A stretch of 64,000 bases of DNA from Deltaproteobacteria bacterium (GCA_043781235.1 JAYWBT010000132.1:530-64529); one strand, 5' to 3'; counted from the first letter of the stretch, positions 20,025 through 32,445 are shown. The notes: a model not told the origin generated them from the sequence alone. Numbers and translations are program-made.

Positions 20025-20972
20025 TCAGGTTCCCATTCGATCTCCAGCAATCAGGCGCGCGCCCTGCAACCAGGCGCTCGCTGCCATGCGCTTCCTGCCT
20101 TCGGGCTGGACCTCGCGAAGCTCCCAGGCGGTGCCGGCGCCGCAAGCCACGATGGCGCCGGCGAGAAGAGCACCCGGCTCGCGAGCGGCCTGCGCGTTGC
20201 CGGCCCGAAGCGCGCGCGCGCCGTCTTCGGACAGCGGCCGCGCGTCGTGGATCTTCAACACCGCGCCCGCGACGGTGGTCCACGCGCCCGGCCAGGGCGT
20301 AAAGCCGCGGCGGCGCGCGTCCAGCTCGAAGGCGCTGCGGGTCCAGTCCACCTTGCCGTCGATGCGCGTGAGGATGGGCGCGAGCGTGGCGCGGGCGTGA
20401 TCCTGCGGCACGCGCGGCAGCGACTCGAGCCGCGCCAGCACCTCGGGCAGCATCAGCGCGCCGAGCGCGCCCAGCCTGGGCAGGAGCGTCTCGCCGGTGT
20501 CGTCCGGCGCGATGGCGAGGCTGCGCTGCAGCAGGAGATCTCCGGTATCGAGTCCCTCGTCCATCTGCATCAGGGTGACGCCCGTCTCGGCGTACCCGCG
20601 CGCGATGGCCCACTGCGCGGGCGCGGCGCCGCGCAAAAGCGGCAACAGCGAAGCGTGGACATTGACGCAGCCGAGCCGCGGCGCGCGCAGCGCATCGGCA
20701 GGCAGGATGCGCCCGTACGCAGCGACCACCGCGACGTCGGGCGCGTGCCCGGCGAGCAGCGCCGCGAGCCTTCCCTGCTTCACCTTCTCGGGCTGCAGCA
20801 CGGGAATTCCCCGCTCGAGCGCCCACCGCTTCGACGGCGGCGCCTGCAGCGTCGCGTGCCGCCCCACGGGCCGGTCCGGCTGCGCGATCACCGCGACCAG
20901 ATCTCCCGCGCGCGCGCAGGCCTCCAGCAGCGGAATGGTGAGCTCGGGCGTGCCCAGGAAGGCGATGCGCAT
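20025..20972 (-). CDS. fmt: methionyl-tRNA formyltransferase
   Basis: MRIAFLGTPE, NVHASLLPLLRGAAP and MQMDEGLDTGD motifs are present. The upstream 450 codons of ORF 20025..22328 are antisense to the lipoprotein gene and are rejected. Confidence 0.9.
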   Translation of the reverse strand: MRIAFLGTPELTIPLLEACARAGDLVAVIAQPDRPVGRHATLQAPPSKRWALERGIPVLQPEKVKQGRLAALLAGHAPDVAVVAAYGRILPADALRAPRLGCVNVHASLLPLLRGAAPAQWAIARGYAETGVTLMQMDEGLDTGDLLLQRSLAIAPDDTGETLLPRLGALGALMLPEVLARLESLPRVPQDHARATLAPILTRIDGKVDWTRSAFELDARRRGFTPWPGAWTTVAGAVLKIHDARPLSEDGARALRAGNAQAAREPGALLAGAIVACGAGTAWELREVQPEGRKRMAASAWLQGARLIAGDRMGT

Positions 20973-20999
20973 GCGCCGCCGATCTGCCAGAGTGCGCGC

Positions 21000-22226
21000 A
21001 TGAAGCGCAACTTTGTGCTCGCGATTTTGCTGCTCTGCGCCTGCGGAAAGAGCGCCCCGCTCGCCACCGGCAGCAGCGGCGCTTTCGGCGTGGTCACGGT
21101 GAACGGCAAGCAGAAGCTCTACCTGCCACTGGGCGGCTCGGCGAACGCGGTCGCGGTGCTCGACGTCGGCGTGGCCGGCAGCGGCCTCGGCGGGGCGCAG
21201 TCCTTGATCAAGACCATTCCCATCAGCGCGGCCGCGTTCTCGACCGCGGGGGACGACAGCGTGGTGATCGCCGCCTCGACCACCAGCCCGACGATCTGGT
21301 TCATCGATCCGCGCACGGACACCGTGACGCGCACGCTCGGCCTGGTGAACGCCGGCACCTCCAGCTTCACCGGCGGCGGCGGCTACGTGACCGGCATCGC
21401 GGTCGATCCGGCGCACCAGCGCGCGGTGCTTTCCGTCTTCAACGGCTTCTCGATCGTGGACCTCGGCGCGCAGGCCATCTCGCGCACCATCCTTTCGCCG
21501 CCGAGCGAGAACTTCGGCTACGACTCGGTGCACGAGCGCATCCTCGCGCCCTTCTACAACTGCAGCAGCGCCGCCGACGCCAACAACGACCCGCTCACCC
21601 TCTGCAACGATTTCAAGACCGCGGCCGGCGCGACCATCACCGACGGGCTCAACGTGATCGATCTGAAGGACGACACGGTCTACACGTATCAAGATCCGGC
21701 CGCCGCCAACCCGGCCGAGCCGCTCGGCAGCGAGCCGGACGCCGCGGCCGTCGACCCCAACAGTGGCCTCGTGGTGGTGCCTTCGGAGGGCGCGTCGAAC
21801 ACGGCCATCGTCGACCTCTCGAAGGCCAGGTTCGACAAGGCGGCGCGCTCGGTGACGGCGCCGCACAAGCTGATCGCGGCGGACCTGACCGGCATCGCCG
21901 TCGAGGCGGCGCACCACCTCGCCGTCTGGGAGGCCGAAGGCACCAGCGAGATCGCCGTCTCCGATCTGGGCGTGGACGGCTCGTTCGTGACCGGCCAGCT
22001 GCCGGGGCCGCCGGGCCAGACGTCGTGGGAAAACCTGGGCGACCCGCACGGCATCGCAGTGGCGGCGTCGATCCTCGGCGGCAAGCCGACCGGCTTCTTC
22101 GTCAGCGCCGATCGCAAGTGGGTGGCGCGCGTCGACCTGCTGGGACTTCTGGCGCTGCCGCGAGGGCGCACGCTCGGCTCCGGCGAGCTTGCGCCGCTCG
22201 TCACCATGCTCGCCGCGAGCCGCTAA
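21000..22226 (+). CDS. lipoprotein, probable beta-propeller fold
   Basis: ATG at 21000 gives MKRNFVLAILLLCACG, which has a lipobox. Repeated strand-like segments (VAVLDVG, VIAAST, GIAVDP, FSIVDLG) are present. No confident family assignment. Confidence 0.6.
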   Translation: MKRNFVLAILLLCACGKSAPLATGSSGAFGVVTVNGKQKLYLPLGGSANAVAVLDVGVAGSGLGGAQSLIKTIPISAAAFSTAGDDSVVIAASTTSPTIWFIDPRTDTVTRTLGLVNAGTSSFTGGGGYVTGIAVDPAHQRAVLSVFNGFSIVDLGAQAISRTILSPPSENFGYDSVHERILAPFYNCSSAADANNDPLTLCNDFKTAAGATITDGLNVIDLKDDTVYTYQDPAAANPAEPLGSEPDAAAVDPNSGLVVVPSEGASNTAIVDLSKARFDKAARSVTAPHKLIAADLTGIAVEAAHHLAVWEAEGTSEIAVSDLGVDGSFVTGQLPGPPGQTSWENLGDPHGIAVAASILGGKPTGFFVSADRKWVARVDLLGLLALPRGRTLGSGELAPLVTMLAASR

Positions 22227-22312
22227 GCGTCGGCTCAGCGGGCTGCGCTCAAGGCCAGCAGCTCGAGCACCGCCTGCTCGACGCGCGACACCGAGCGTAG
22301 TAGCAGGCAGGC

Positions 22313-23932
22313 ATGCTCCGAATCGCACTCGTGCTCCTGCTGCTCGCTGCCGGCCAGGCCTGCAAGCCGGACGATCCGAAAAACCCCCAGACCTGGATCG
22401 CGCGGCTCTCCGACGCGGACGCGCACCAGCGCGTCGAGGCAGTGCAGCAGCTGCGCAAGCTGAAGGCGAAGCAGGCCGCGCCGCAGATCGCGCCGCTCTT
22501 GAAAGATCCGATGGTCAAAGAGGAGGCGGCGCTCGCGCTACAGGACCTGGGCGGTCCCTCCGAGGTGTCAGCCCTGATCGAGGGCGTGGACACCACTGTG
22601 GGCGCGGGCAGCGATCAGGCGACGCGGGTGGCGAACCGCACCAACGCGAAGATCGCCAAGGCGCTGGGCGACATCGGCGACGCCCGTGCGGGGCCTGCGC
22701 TGCTGCGGCTCGCGCGCTCGCAGGACGGGCTGGTGCGGCTCGGGGCGGTGCAGGCGCTGGGCGCGATCAGGTTCAAGGAGGCGGTGCCCGAGCTGGCGCA
22801 CATCGTGGACGACGAGGCGGCGGCGCCGATCCTGATCAAGAAGGCGATCGTCTCGCTCGGCGAGCTCGGCGATCCGGCCGCCATCCCTGCGCTGCTGCAC
22901 GGGCTGGTGCTGGAGCGCCAGGGCGTCAGCTTCCTGCCCGAGAGCTCGTTCGCGCTTTTCCTCCTCGGGGCGCCGGCGGTCGAGCCGCTGCTCCGGATCG
23001 CGCAGGATCAAGACGCGACTTACCTCGCCTGGGCGAAGGAGAACAACCGCGCCCCCGCCGGGACGTACGCCAAGGCGGCGCTGGTGCTGGGCGACCTGGG
23101 CGATCCGCGCGCGGTGCCGGTGCTGCTGGCGAAGCTGAAGTACCTCGACTCTGACCCGAACCCAGGGACCGCGAAGCTGCTCAGCAACCTCGTGCGCGAG
23201 TTCGCTGCCAACGCGCTGGGGCGGCTGCGCGCGCCGGAGGCGGCGGGACCGATCCTCGCGTTGGTGCAGACCCGGGACCCGCAGGACGAAGAGCTGACCG
23301 GCTTTGCCGGCGAGGCGCTGGTGTGGATCGGCGACAAGGCGCAGGCGAAGGAGCTGCTGAAGCGCGCGCAGGTGGGCGCCATTCGCTCGCGGCTAATCGC
23401 CGCGCAGGCGGCGTCGATGCTGGCGGAGGCTGCGCTCGGGCACGAGCTGGTGGCCCTCGCGGCGCGCGAGGAGAAGGGCCCGGCGCAAGGCTGCCTGAAG
23501 GCCCTGGCCGAGCTGCAGCTGCCGGTCGACAAGGAGACGAACGCCTGCGCGATGCTGGCGGCGCAGTTCGGCGTGCTGCTCAAGCCGCTGGAGGCGGAGG
23601 GCCGGTGCGCCGGCGCTGCGGCGTGCTGGATGCAGCAGCTCGGCGACCAGGAGCCGCTGGTGCGCGCGCGCGCCGCGTACGAGCTCGGCCGCGAGACCTA
23701 CGGCCAAGCTGTGCCGGCCTTGGCGAAGGCCGCCGCCGACCCGGATCTGCGCGTGCGCACCGCGGCCATCCGGGCGATGGAGTGGCTGCTGCCGCAGCCG
23801 GAGGCGAAGCCGCTGCTCAAGGCGGCCGCCGTACCGCTGGGCGCGCAGCTCGCCGCAGAGCAGGGAAAGGTCGAGGTCGTGAAGGTGGACGAGGAGCTCC
23901 GCCGCCTGCAGACGAGGCTCTCGCGCCTCTGA
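22313..23932 (+). CDS. HEAT-repeat lipoprotein
   Basis: MLRIALVLLLLAAGQAC carries a lipobox. Repeated units match the HEAT/PBS-lyase type, for example D.VR..AV.ALG.IG...AVP.L. Confidence 0.65.
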   Translation: MLRIALVLLLLAAGQACKPDDPKNPQTWIARLSDADAHQRVEAVQQLRKLKAKQAAPQIAPLLKDPMVKEEAALALQDLGGPSEVSALIEGVDTTVGAGSDQATRVANRTNAKIAKALGDIGDARAGPALLRLARSQDGLVRLGAVQALGAIRFKEAVPELAHIVDDEAAAPILIKKAIVSLGELGDPAAIPALLHGLVLERQGVSFLPESSFALFLLGAPAVEPLLRIAQDQDATYLAWAKENNRAPAGTYAKAALVLGDLGDPRAVPVLLAKLKYLDSDPNPGTAKLLSNLVREFAANALGRLRAPEAAGPILALVQTRDPQDEELTGFAGEALVWIGDKAQAKELLKRAQVGAIRSRLIAAQAASMLAEAALGHELVALAAREEKGPAQGCLKALAELQLPVDKETNACAMLAAQFGVLLKPLEAEGRCAGAAACWMQQLGDQEPLVRARAAYELGRETYGQAVPALAKAAADPDLRVRTAAIRAMEWLLPQPEAKPLLKAAAVPLGAQLAAEQGKVEVVKVDEELRRLQTRLSRL

Positions 23933-23948
23933 TATATCTGCCCGGACC

Positions 23949-25712
<1,764 letters not shown>

Positions 25713-25861
25713 TTTTCAGGGCATCCTTGGTCCGGGCCAAAGTGCGATGAACTGTCGCGCCGCGGTCGCCTCCGGCCGCTCTCCGTTTGCAGGGTTTGCC
25801 CTCGAGGCGCTGGGGACCGGCGTCGACCTGCAGGCGCGCCTCTCGCCGGGTTCGGTAACCG

Positions 25862-25890
25862 TTGACAACGACCGGCCCGAGAGCGATTCT
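25862..25890 (+). promoter_or_regulatory. candidate sigma-70 promoter for metK
   Basis: TTGACA (25862-25867), a 17-nt spacer and GATTCT (25885-25890). GAGGA RBS at 25911-25915 lies ahead of the ATG at 25920. Confidence 0.3.
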
Positions 25891-25919
25891 CCGCCGCCTT
25901 TTTAGCAGCCGAGGACACC

Positions 25920-27092
25920 ATGCAGCTTCGCGACGCGCTCTTCAGCTCCGAATCGGTCACCGAAGGTCACCCGGACAAGATCTGCGACCAGGTCTCGGAC
26001 GCCGTGCTGGACGAATGCTTGCGGCAGGACAAGCAGAGCCGCGTCGCGCTCGAGACCGCGGTCAAGACCGGCCTGGTGGTGCTGCTCGGCGAGATCACCA
26101 CCAACGCTCGCCTCGACTATCCGGCCATCGTGCGCCGCACCGTCGAGCGCATCGGCTTTAACGACGGCTCGATGGGCTTCGACTCGAAGAGCTGCGGCGT
26201 GATGGTGGCGGTAGAGCAGCAGTCTCCCGAGATCGCCATGGGCGTGGACGCCAGCGCCTCCAAGGAGCAGGGCGCCGGCGACCAGGGAATGATGTTCGGC
26301 TACGCCTGCGACGAGACGCCGGAGTTGATGCCGCTGCCGATCGCGCTCGCGCACCGCCTCACCCGCCAGCTCGCGGCCGCGCGCCGCGGCGCGCTCAAGT
26401 TCCTCCGCCCCGACGGCAAGTCGCAGGTCACCGTCGAGTACCGGGCCGGCCGGCCACACAAGGTCTCGGCGGTGGTGATCGCCGCGCAGCACGAGGACTC
26501 GGTCACCACCGAGCACCTGCGCGAGGCGATCAACGAGGAAGTGATCAACAAGGTCGTCCCCGTCGAGCTGCGCGCAGAAGGAATGAAGCGCTGGGTGAAC
26601 TCGACCGGCCGCTTCATCGTCGGCGGCCCGCAGGGCGACTCGGGCGTGACCGGCCGCAAGATCATCGTCGACACCTACGGCGGCATGGGTCACCACGGCG
26701 GCGGCGCCTTCTCGGGCAAGGACCCGTCGAAGGTGGACCGCTCGGCCGCCTACGCCGCGCGCTGGGTGGCGAAGAACGTGGTCGCCGCGGGGCTCGCGAC
26801 GCGCTGCGAGGTGCAGGTGGCGTACGCCATCGGCATCGCCGAGCCGGTGAGCGTGATGGTCGAGACTTTCGGGACGCACACCGTCCCGGAGGATCGGATC
26901 GAGCACGCGGTGCGCGAGACGTTCTCGCTCAAGCCGGCGTCGATCATCCGCGATCTCGACCTGCTGCGGCCCATCTACGAGCGCACCGCGGCGTACGGCC
27001 ACTTCGGCCGCAGCGAGCCCGAGTTCACCTGGGAGCGCACCGACCGCGCCGAGGCGCTGCGCGCCGCGTCCGGCCTCAAGGGCAAAGCTTAA
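25920..27092 (+). CDS. metK: S-adenosylmethionine synthetase
   Basis: [30 protein letters not shown] and [16 protein letters not shown] motifs are present. Confidence 0.95.
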   Translation: MQLRDALFSSESVTEGHPDKICDQVSDAVLDECLRQDKQSRVALETAVKTGLVVLLGEITTNARLDYPAIVRRTVERIGFNDGSMGFDSKSCGVMVAVEQQSPEIAMGVDASASKEQGAGDQGMMFGYACDETPELMPLPIALAHRLTRQLAAARRGALKFLRPDGKSQVTVEYRAGRPHKVSAVVIAAQHEDSVTTEHLREAINEEVINKVVPVELRAEGMKRWVNSTGRFIVGGPQGDSGVTGRKIIVDTYGGMGHHGGGAFSGKDPSKVDRSAAYAARWVAKNVVAAGLATRCEVQVAYAIGIAEPVSVMVETFGTHTVPEDRIEHAVRETFSLKPASIIRDLDLLRPIYERTAAYGHFGRSEPEFTWERTDRAEALRAASGLKGKA

Positions 27093-27096
27093 GCTC

Positions 27097-28059
27097 GTGC
27101 TGGCCGCCGCGCTCCTCGCGTCGGCATTCGCCAGCGCCGCGGCGCGGCCTGCTCCCGCGGGGTACGGGTCGCTCGCGCGAGCGGTCACGCCGCGCGAGCC
27201 AGGCGCCGACGCGGTGGCGCGGGGAAGATCGCTCGCCGTCGCGGCGGCGCCGCAGAAGCCCATCACCTGCGCGGGGTCGTCGTCGCTGTCGGCGCTCGCG
27301 CGCATCGGGCCGGGGCAGCTGCTGCTGCTGAGCTGCGGCGACGGGCGTCGCTTCCTCCAGGTGCGTGTGCAGGGCCGTCCGCTCGCGGCGATGCCGGTGC
27401 GCGAGCTGTGGCCGGGCGCCGACTGGGAGCTGCGCGACTCGCCGCGCGTGCCGGTACGCTCGCGGACCCAATCGTTCGTTCCTCTCCTGCTGGCGCAGAA
27501 GTCGCCGCCGCTCGAGCGCGTCGTGGTGGTGGCGGCGGACTTCGAGAACAACACGCTCGCGGTCGCGTTCGCGGGGCCGCCCGCCGCGTCGGTGACCTAC
27601 GCCCTCCGGGATCTCGACGGCGATGGAGTCCCCGAATTGCGGCTCGGCCTCGACGACGGCAAGCGCCGCGAGGTGCGGACGGTCTCGCTGGGCAAGCCCG
27701 CCGCCGAGTGGCACGGCGCGCTGGCCGGCCCTCTCGGCGCCGCAGCGAAGCCGCTCTGCGCCGCGAGCGGCGCTACCGAGATTGAGTGCGATCCGGTGCT
27801 CGACTTCGACGTCGAGGCGCGCAGGCTGCCGGACGCGGTCTACCTCTTCGCGCGCGGCCGCGACCGGCTCTGCGGCTCGGGCGGCTGTGCGCTCGTGGTC
27901 GTGCGCGTCGCCAAAGGCGAGGGCCGCGAGGTCCTGCGCGACTTCGGCCTCTGGACCATCGGCGCGGCCATCCGCGGCCGGCCGCCCTGCGTCGTCATCC
28001 GCAACCGCGCCGCCCCGCCACAGAAGCGCTGCTGGCACGGCAAGGACTACGGGGAGTAA
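27097..28059 (+). CDS. hypothetical secreted protein
   Basis: GTG start 4 nt after the metK stop. Signal-like MLAAALLASAFASAAA. One FG-GAP-like DLDGDGVPEL motif. G/C at third codon positions is high. Confidence 0.5.
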   Translation: MLAAALLASAFASAAARPAPAGYGSLARAVTPREPGADAVARGRSLAVAAAPQKPITCAGSSSLSALARIGPGQLLLLSCGDGRRFLQVRVQGRPLAAMPVRELWPGADWELRDSPRVPVRSRTQSFVPLLLAQKSPPLERVVVVAADFENNTLAVAFAGPPAASVTYALRDLDGDGVPELRLGLDDGKRREVRTVSLGKPAAEWHGALAGPLGAAAKPLCAASGATEIECDPVLDFDVEARRLPDAVYLFARGRDRLCGSGGCALVVVRVAKGEGREVLRDFGLWTIGAAIRGRPPCVVIRNRAAPPQKRCWHGKDYGE

Positions 28060-28087
28060 AGCAGCCCGCACGGCCACAGGCGTCGCC

Positions 28088-28116
28088 TTGACGCGATGGG
28101 GTGTGCTGGCTAAACT
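28088..28116 (+). promoter_or_regulatory. candidate sigma-70 promoter of the antitoxin/toxin pair
   Basis: TTGACG (28088-28093), a 17-nt spacer and TAAACT (28111-28116), in a locally AT-richer stretch. Confidence 0.4.
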
Positions 28117-28124
28117 TACCTAAG

Positions 28125-28147
28125 CTAACGACAACATGCTTCGTTAG
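28125..28147. promoter_or_regulatory. 7-bp inverted repeat, candidate operator
   Basis: CTAACGA, 9 nt, then TCGTTAG. It sits immediately downstream of the candidate -10 and upstream of the RBS GGAGAA. Confidence 0.3.
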
Positions 28148-28161
28148 ATTCGGAGAACAAC

Positions 28162-28929
28162 ATGCCCGCCGACACAGTGCAGTTGACGGCGAATGCCCTT
28201 CGGGGACTGGCCGAGATCGGGCGCGCGGTCGGGAAGGCGGACCGGAAGCAGCCCCTCGAAGTACGTCTTTCAAAGAACGCTGCTGTGGTGAAGAGCGATG
28301 AGATCGTCGTTGTGGTGTTCGGCGCGAAAGAAGCGCTGGTGTGTCGCAGGAAAGTGCAGGGAAGGACCCCGAGGCTACGGGAACTGGGGCTCTGGATGGA
28401 GAGCGCGGAAAGGGCCATCCAGGCGTTGGCGAGCGCACAGGCCGGCGAAGCCCCCCAACTCACCTCGGGCGAAGCGGCGCTTCTCGACGAGGCCGGACTG
28501 GACGAGGGAGATCGCACGCGACCCGGCGCGTTCGAGCGATCGCGGATCCACTTCGATCTTCTCCTCCAGCGGGAGAGCTTGACTCTGGAGCAGGCAGCGA
28601 AGGCGCTCGGTGTCAGCACGGCACGTCTCCGGCAACGGCTCTCACCCGGCCAGCGGACCCTCTACGGCGTCAAGGATGGACGCGCCTGGCGAATCCCGAA
28701 GTTTCAGTTCGAAAAGAGGGGCAAGCAGGTCCGGGGCATCGGCAAGGTGTTGCCGCAAATCCGGCCAGACGCGCACCCTTTGTCGGTCCGGGCCTGGTTT
28801 ACGACTCCCCATCAGGATCTCGTGGTCGGCGAGCACGGCGGCGATGACGAGCAGCCTGTCACGCCGATCGAATGGCTTTCGAGCGGCAGGCCCATTGAGG
28901 CCGTCGCCCAGCTTGCGAACGAGATCTGA
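28162..28929 (+). CDS. Xre/MbcA/ParS-type antitoxin (HTH plus C-terminal toxin-binding domain) with ~130-aa N-terminal extension
   Basis: HTH LTLEQAAKALGVSTARLRQRL is followed by GRAWRIPKFQF (excisionase-type HTH context). The C-terminus (HPLSVRAWFTTPHQDL...TPIEWLSSGRPIEAVAQL) resembles DUF2384. The gene lies 10 nt upstream of a RES gene. Confidence 0.7.
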   Translation: MPADTVQLTANALRGLAEIGRAVGKADRKQPLEVRLSKNAAVVKSDEIVVVVFGAKEALVCRRKVQGRTPRLRELGLWMESAERAIQALASAQAGEAPQLTSGEAALLDEAGLDEGDRTRPGAFERSRIHFDLLLQRESLTLEQAAKALGVSTARLRQRLSPGQRTLYGVKDGRAWRIPKFQFEKRGKQVRGIGKVLPQIRPDAHPLSVRAWFTTPHQDLVVGEHGGDDEQPVTPIEWLSSGRPIEAVAQLANEI

Positions 28930-28939
28930 GCGGTGATCG

Positions 28940-29554
28940 ATGCCGAAGTTCCCCGACCCTCCAGGCGTCCTCACCACTCTCGCCAGCAAGACGACACTCC
29001 CCTCTGGCACCCGCCTCTGGCGGGTTTACCCTGCTGCAGGGCCACGCCCGGTCGCCTGGAAAGATTTCCGCTTTTTCGGTCCGACGAATTCCCGATTCGA
29101 CCACCACGATCCTCTGGCAACGGCACAGGCGAAGGGCATCCTTTACGCGGCCCGGGATCCCACCACCTGCCTGGCGGAGTTTTTCCAGGCGACTCGAATC
29201 ATCGATCGCTTCTCAGGAGCTCCCTGGTTGGTCGCTTTTGAGACCACCAGATCAACTCCGCTGCTGGACCTGACCGGCACGTGGCCAACCCGCGCCGGCG
29301 CGTCCATGGCAATCAATTCTGGGCCGCGTCCGAGGGCCCGCCGATGGTCGCGCGCCATTTACGCTGCATATCCCGCAATCGAGGGACTCCTCTATGGCTC
29401 CTCGATGCATGCAAATCATCCCTCGATCGCGCTCTACGAGCGCGCCCAGTCCGCGCTGCCGGCAGCGCCAGCGTTCCATAGAGCCCTGTCGGACCCGGCG
29501 CTTCTCCCGCGGCTCAACGCGGCGGCGGACGGCCTCGGCTACGGCATGGTCTGA
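28940..29554 (+). CDS. RES-domain toxin
   Basis: Arg (NSRFDHHD), Glu (TCLAEFF) and Ser (LLYGSSMH) occur in the order and spacing typical of RES domains. Size is 204 aa. It is paired with an Xre-type antitoxin. Confidence 0.75.
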   Translation: MPKFPDPPGVLTTLASKTTLPSGTRLWRVYPAAGPRPVAWKDFRFFGPTNSRFDHHDPLATAQAKGILYAARDPTTCLAEFFQATRIIDRFSGAPWLVAFETTRSTPLLDLTGTWPTRAGASMAINSGPRPRARRWSRAIYAAYPAIEGLLYGSSMHANHPSIALYERAQSALPAAPAFHRALSDPALLPRLNAAADGLGYGMV

Positions 29555-29558
29555 ATTC

Positions 29559-29589
29559 GGCACGCAGACGCGGAGGTGCTCTTTTTTTT
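29559..29589 (+). terminator. candidate intrinsic terminator after the RES gene
   Basis: An imperfect hairpin (GCAC...GTGC, 29559-29580) is followed by a T8 run (29582-29589), which is exceptional in this GC-rich context. Confidence 0.4.
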
Positions 29590-29635
29590 CACGCACTCCG
29601 CGATCTCTGGACTGCGAGGCGCGCTGGCCCGCTGA

Positions 29636-31021
<1,386 letters not shown>

Positions 31022-31033
31022 AGCGGGCGACGA

Positions 31034-31837
31034 ATGCCCATCTACCAGGCCATCGTGCTCGGCATCGTGCAGGGGCTCGGCGAATTTTTGCCGATCTCCA
31101 GCAGCGCGCACCTGATCCTCGTCCCCTGGTTGTTCGGCTGGGACGACCCGGGGCTCGCCTTCGACGTCGCGCTCCACTGGGGCACGCTGGTCGCGGTGCT
31201 GGCGGTCTTCTGGCGCGACTGGATCGCGCTCCTTCAGGACGGCCTGCTCGGCGGCCCGAAGCGGCGGCTCTTCTGGGCGCTGGTGATCTCGGCCATCCCG
31301 GGCGCCATCGCCGGCAAGCTGCTCAACACCTGGGCCGAGGAGACGCTGCGGGCTCCGCTGCTGATCGCCGCGACCATGGCGATCCTGGGCGTGCTGCTCT
31401 GGACCGCCGACCGCGTGGGCAAGAAGGACCTGGCCGAGGAGCAAATGACCTACGGCAAGGCGGCCGCCATCGGCGTCGCGCAGGCGGCCGCGCTGATCCC
31501 CGGCGTCTCACGCAGCGGCGGCACCATCACGCTCGGGCTCTTCTTCGGCTTCCGCCGCGAGGAGATCGCGAAGTTCAGCTTCCTGATGTCCACGCCGATC
31601 ATCTTCGGCGCCGGCGTCGTCAAGCTGCCCAAGATGCTGCACGAGATGCACAGCGGCACCTCGCACGTCACGGGCGCGGCGCTGCTCGCGGGGCTGGTGT
31701 CGGCCGCGGTGGTCGGCACGCTGGTGATCCGCTGGCTGCTCGAGTACCTGCGCACGCGCAGCTACGCGGTCTTCGTCATCTACCGACTGGCCGTCGCGGT
31801 GGCCATCGTGGCGCTGTGGTTTGCAGGCAAGAGGTGA
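31034..31837 (+). CDS. uppP: undecaprenyl-diphosphate phosphatase
   Basis: GIVQGLGEFLPISSSAHL and PGVSRSGGTI motifs are present. Confidence 0.9.
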   Translation: MPIYQAIVLGIVQGLGEFLPISSSAHLILVPWLFGWDDPGLAFDVALHWGTLVAVLAVFWRDWIALLQDGLLGGPKRRLFWALVISAIPGAIAGKLLNTWAEETLRAPLLIAATMAILGVLLWTADRVGKKDLAEEQMTYGKAAAIGVAQAAALIPGVSRSGGTITLGLFFGFRREEIAKFSFLMSTPIIFGAGVVKLPKMLHEMHSGTSHVTGAALLAGLVSAAVVGTLVIRWLLEYLRTRSYAVFVIYRLAVAVAIVALWFAGKR

Positions 31838-31869
31838 ACCCGTCGCCCCCGCCGGCTCCGACTTTGCCG

Positions 31870-32445
31870 ATGATCCGGCGCGCGCTCAAGCAGCACCGGC
31901 CGGATCGCCAGCCGCAGCTCGGGCGCGCCTCGGCGGTGCTGGTGACGCTCTTGCCGCGCGGCGACGGGCTCGCGCTCCTCTTCACCGAGCGCAGCATGGA
32001 GCTGCGCTCGCATCCCGGCCAGGTCAGCTTCCCGGGCGGCCGCGTCGACCCGACCGACAAAGACGCGCGAGATGCCGCGCTCCGCGAGGCGCGCGAGGAG
32101 GTCGGCCTGCGCAAAGAGCACGTCGAGATCCTCGGCGAGCTCGACGACTGCCCCACCTTCGTCACCGGCTTCGTCATCACGCCGGTGGTGGCCGTGATCG
32201 ATCCGCTCGCCTTCACCGACGACGGCCGCTACCCGTGGGCGCCGAGCGCGGCCGAGATCGCCTCGCTGCACGAGCTGCCTCTGGATGGCTTCGTGGACCC
32301 CGCGAACCGCCGGACCGAGCAGCGCACGCACGAGGGCGAAACCTATGAGCTCATCTGGTACACGGTGGAGGGCACCACGGTGTGGGGCGCCACGGCGCGC
32401 ATCGTGCGCCAGCTGATCGATCTCTCGCTGCAGGAGATCCAGTGA
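31870..32445 (+). CDS. Nudix hydrolase, CoA pyrophosphatase-like
   Basis: Nudix box GGRVDPTDKDARDAALREAREEVGL preceded by HPGQVSFPGG. ATG at 31870. An alternative GTG at 31834 overlaps the uppP stop. Confidence 0.75.
   Translation: MIRRALKQHRPDRQPQLGRASAVLVTLLPRGDGLALLFTERSMELRSHPGQVSFPGGRVDPTDKDARDAALREAREEVGLRKEHVEILGELDDCPTFVTGFVITPVVAVIDPLAFTDDGRYPWAPSAAEIASLHELPLDGFVDPANRRTEQRTHEGETYELIWYTVEGTTVWGATARIVRQLIDLSLQEIQ

Noticed and set aside
18699-22226. Very long ORFs in the track, for example 18699..22226, 20025..22328 (upstream part), 5672..7540 (upstream part), 29698..32445, 29636..31444, 25902..27554, 34750..36285, 50728..52332, 58506..61181, 8123..9265 and 2231..3034.
   Set aside because: They are antisense to, or in alternative frames over, genes with unambiguous conserved motifs. 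Their translations are Arg/Ala/Gly/Pro-rich low-complexity sequence typical of stop-codon-poor high-GC DNA. Only their terminal segments, annotated above, are real genes.
25713-25919. SAM riboswitch upstream of metK.
   Set aside because: I found no SAM-I or SAM-II signature elements (GAGGGA...GCCC...GCAACC, or AAAGCU-type). The best promoter match (TTGACA at 25862) would leave only about a 25-nt leader.
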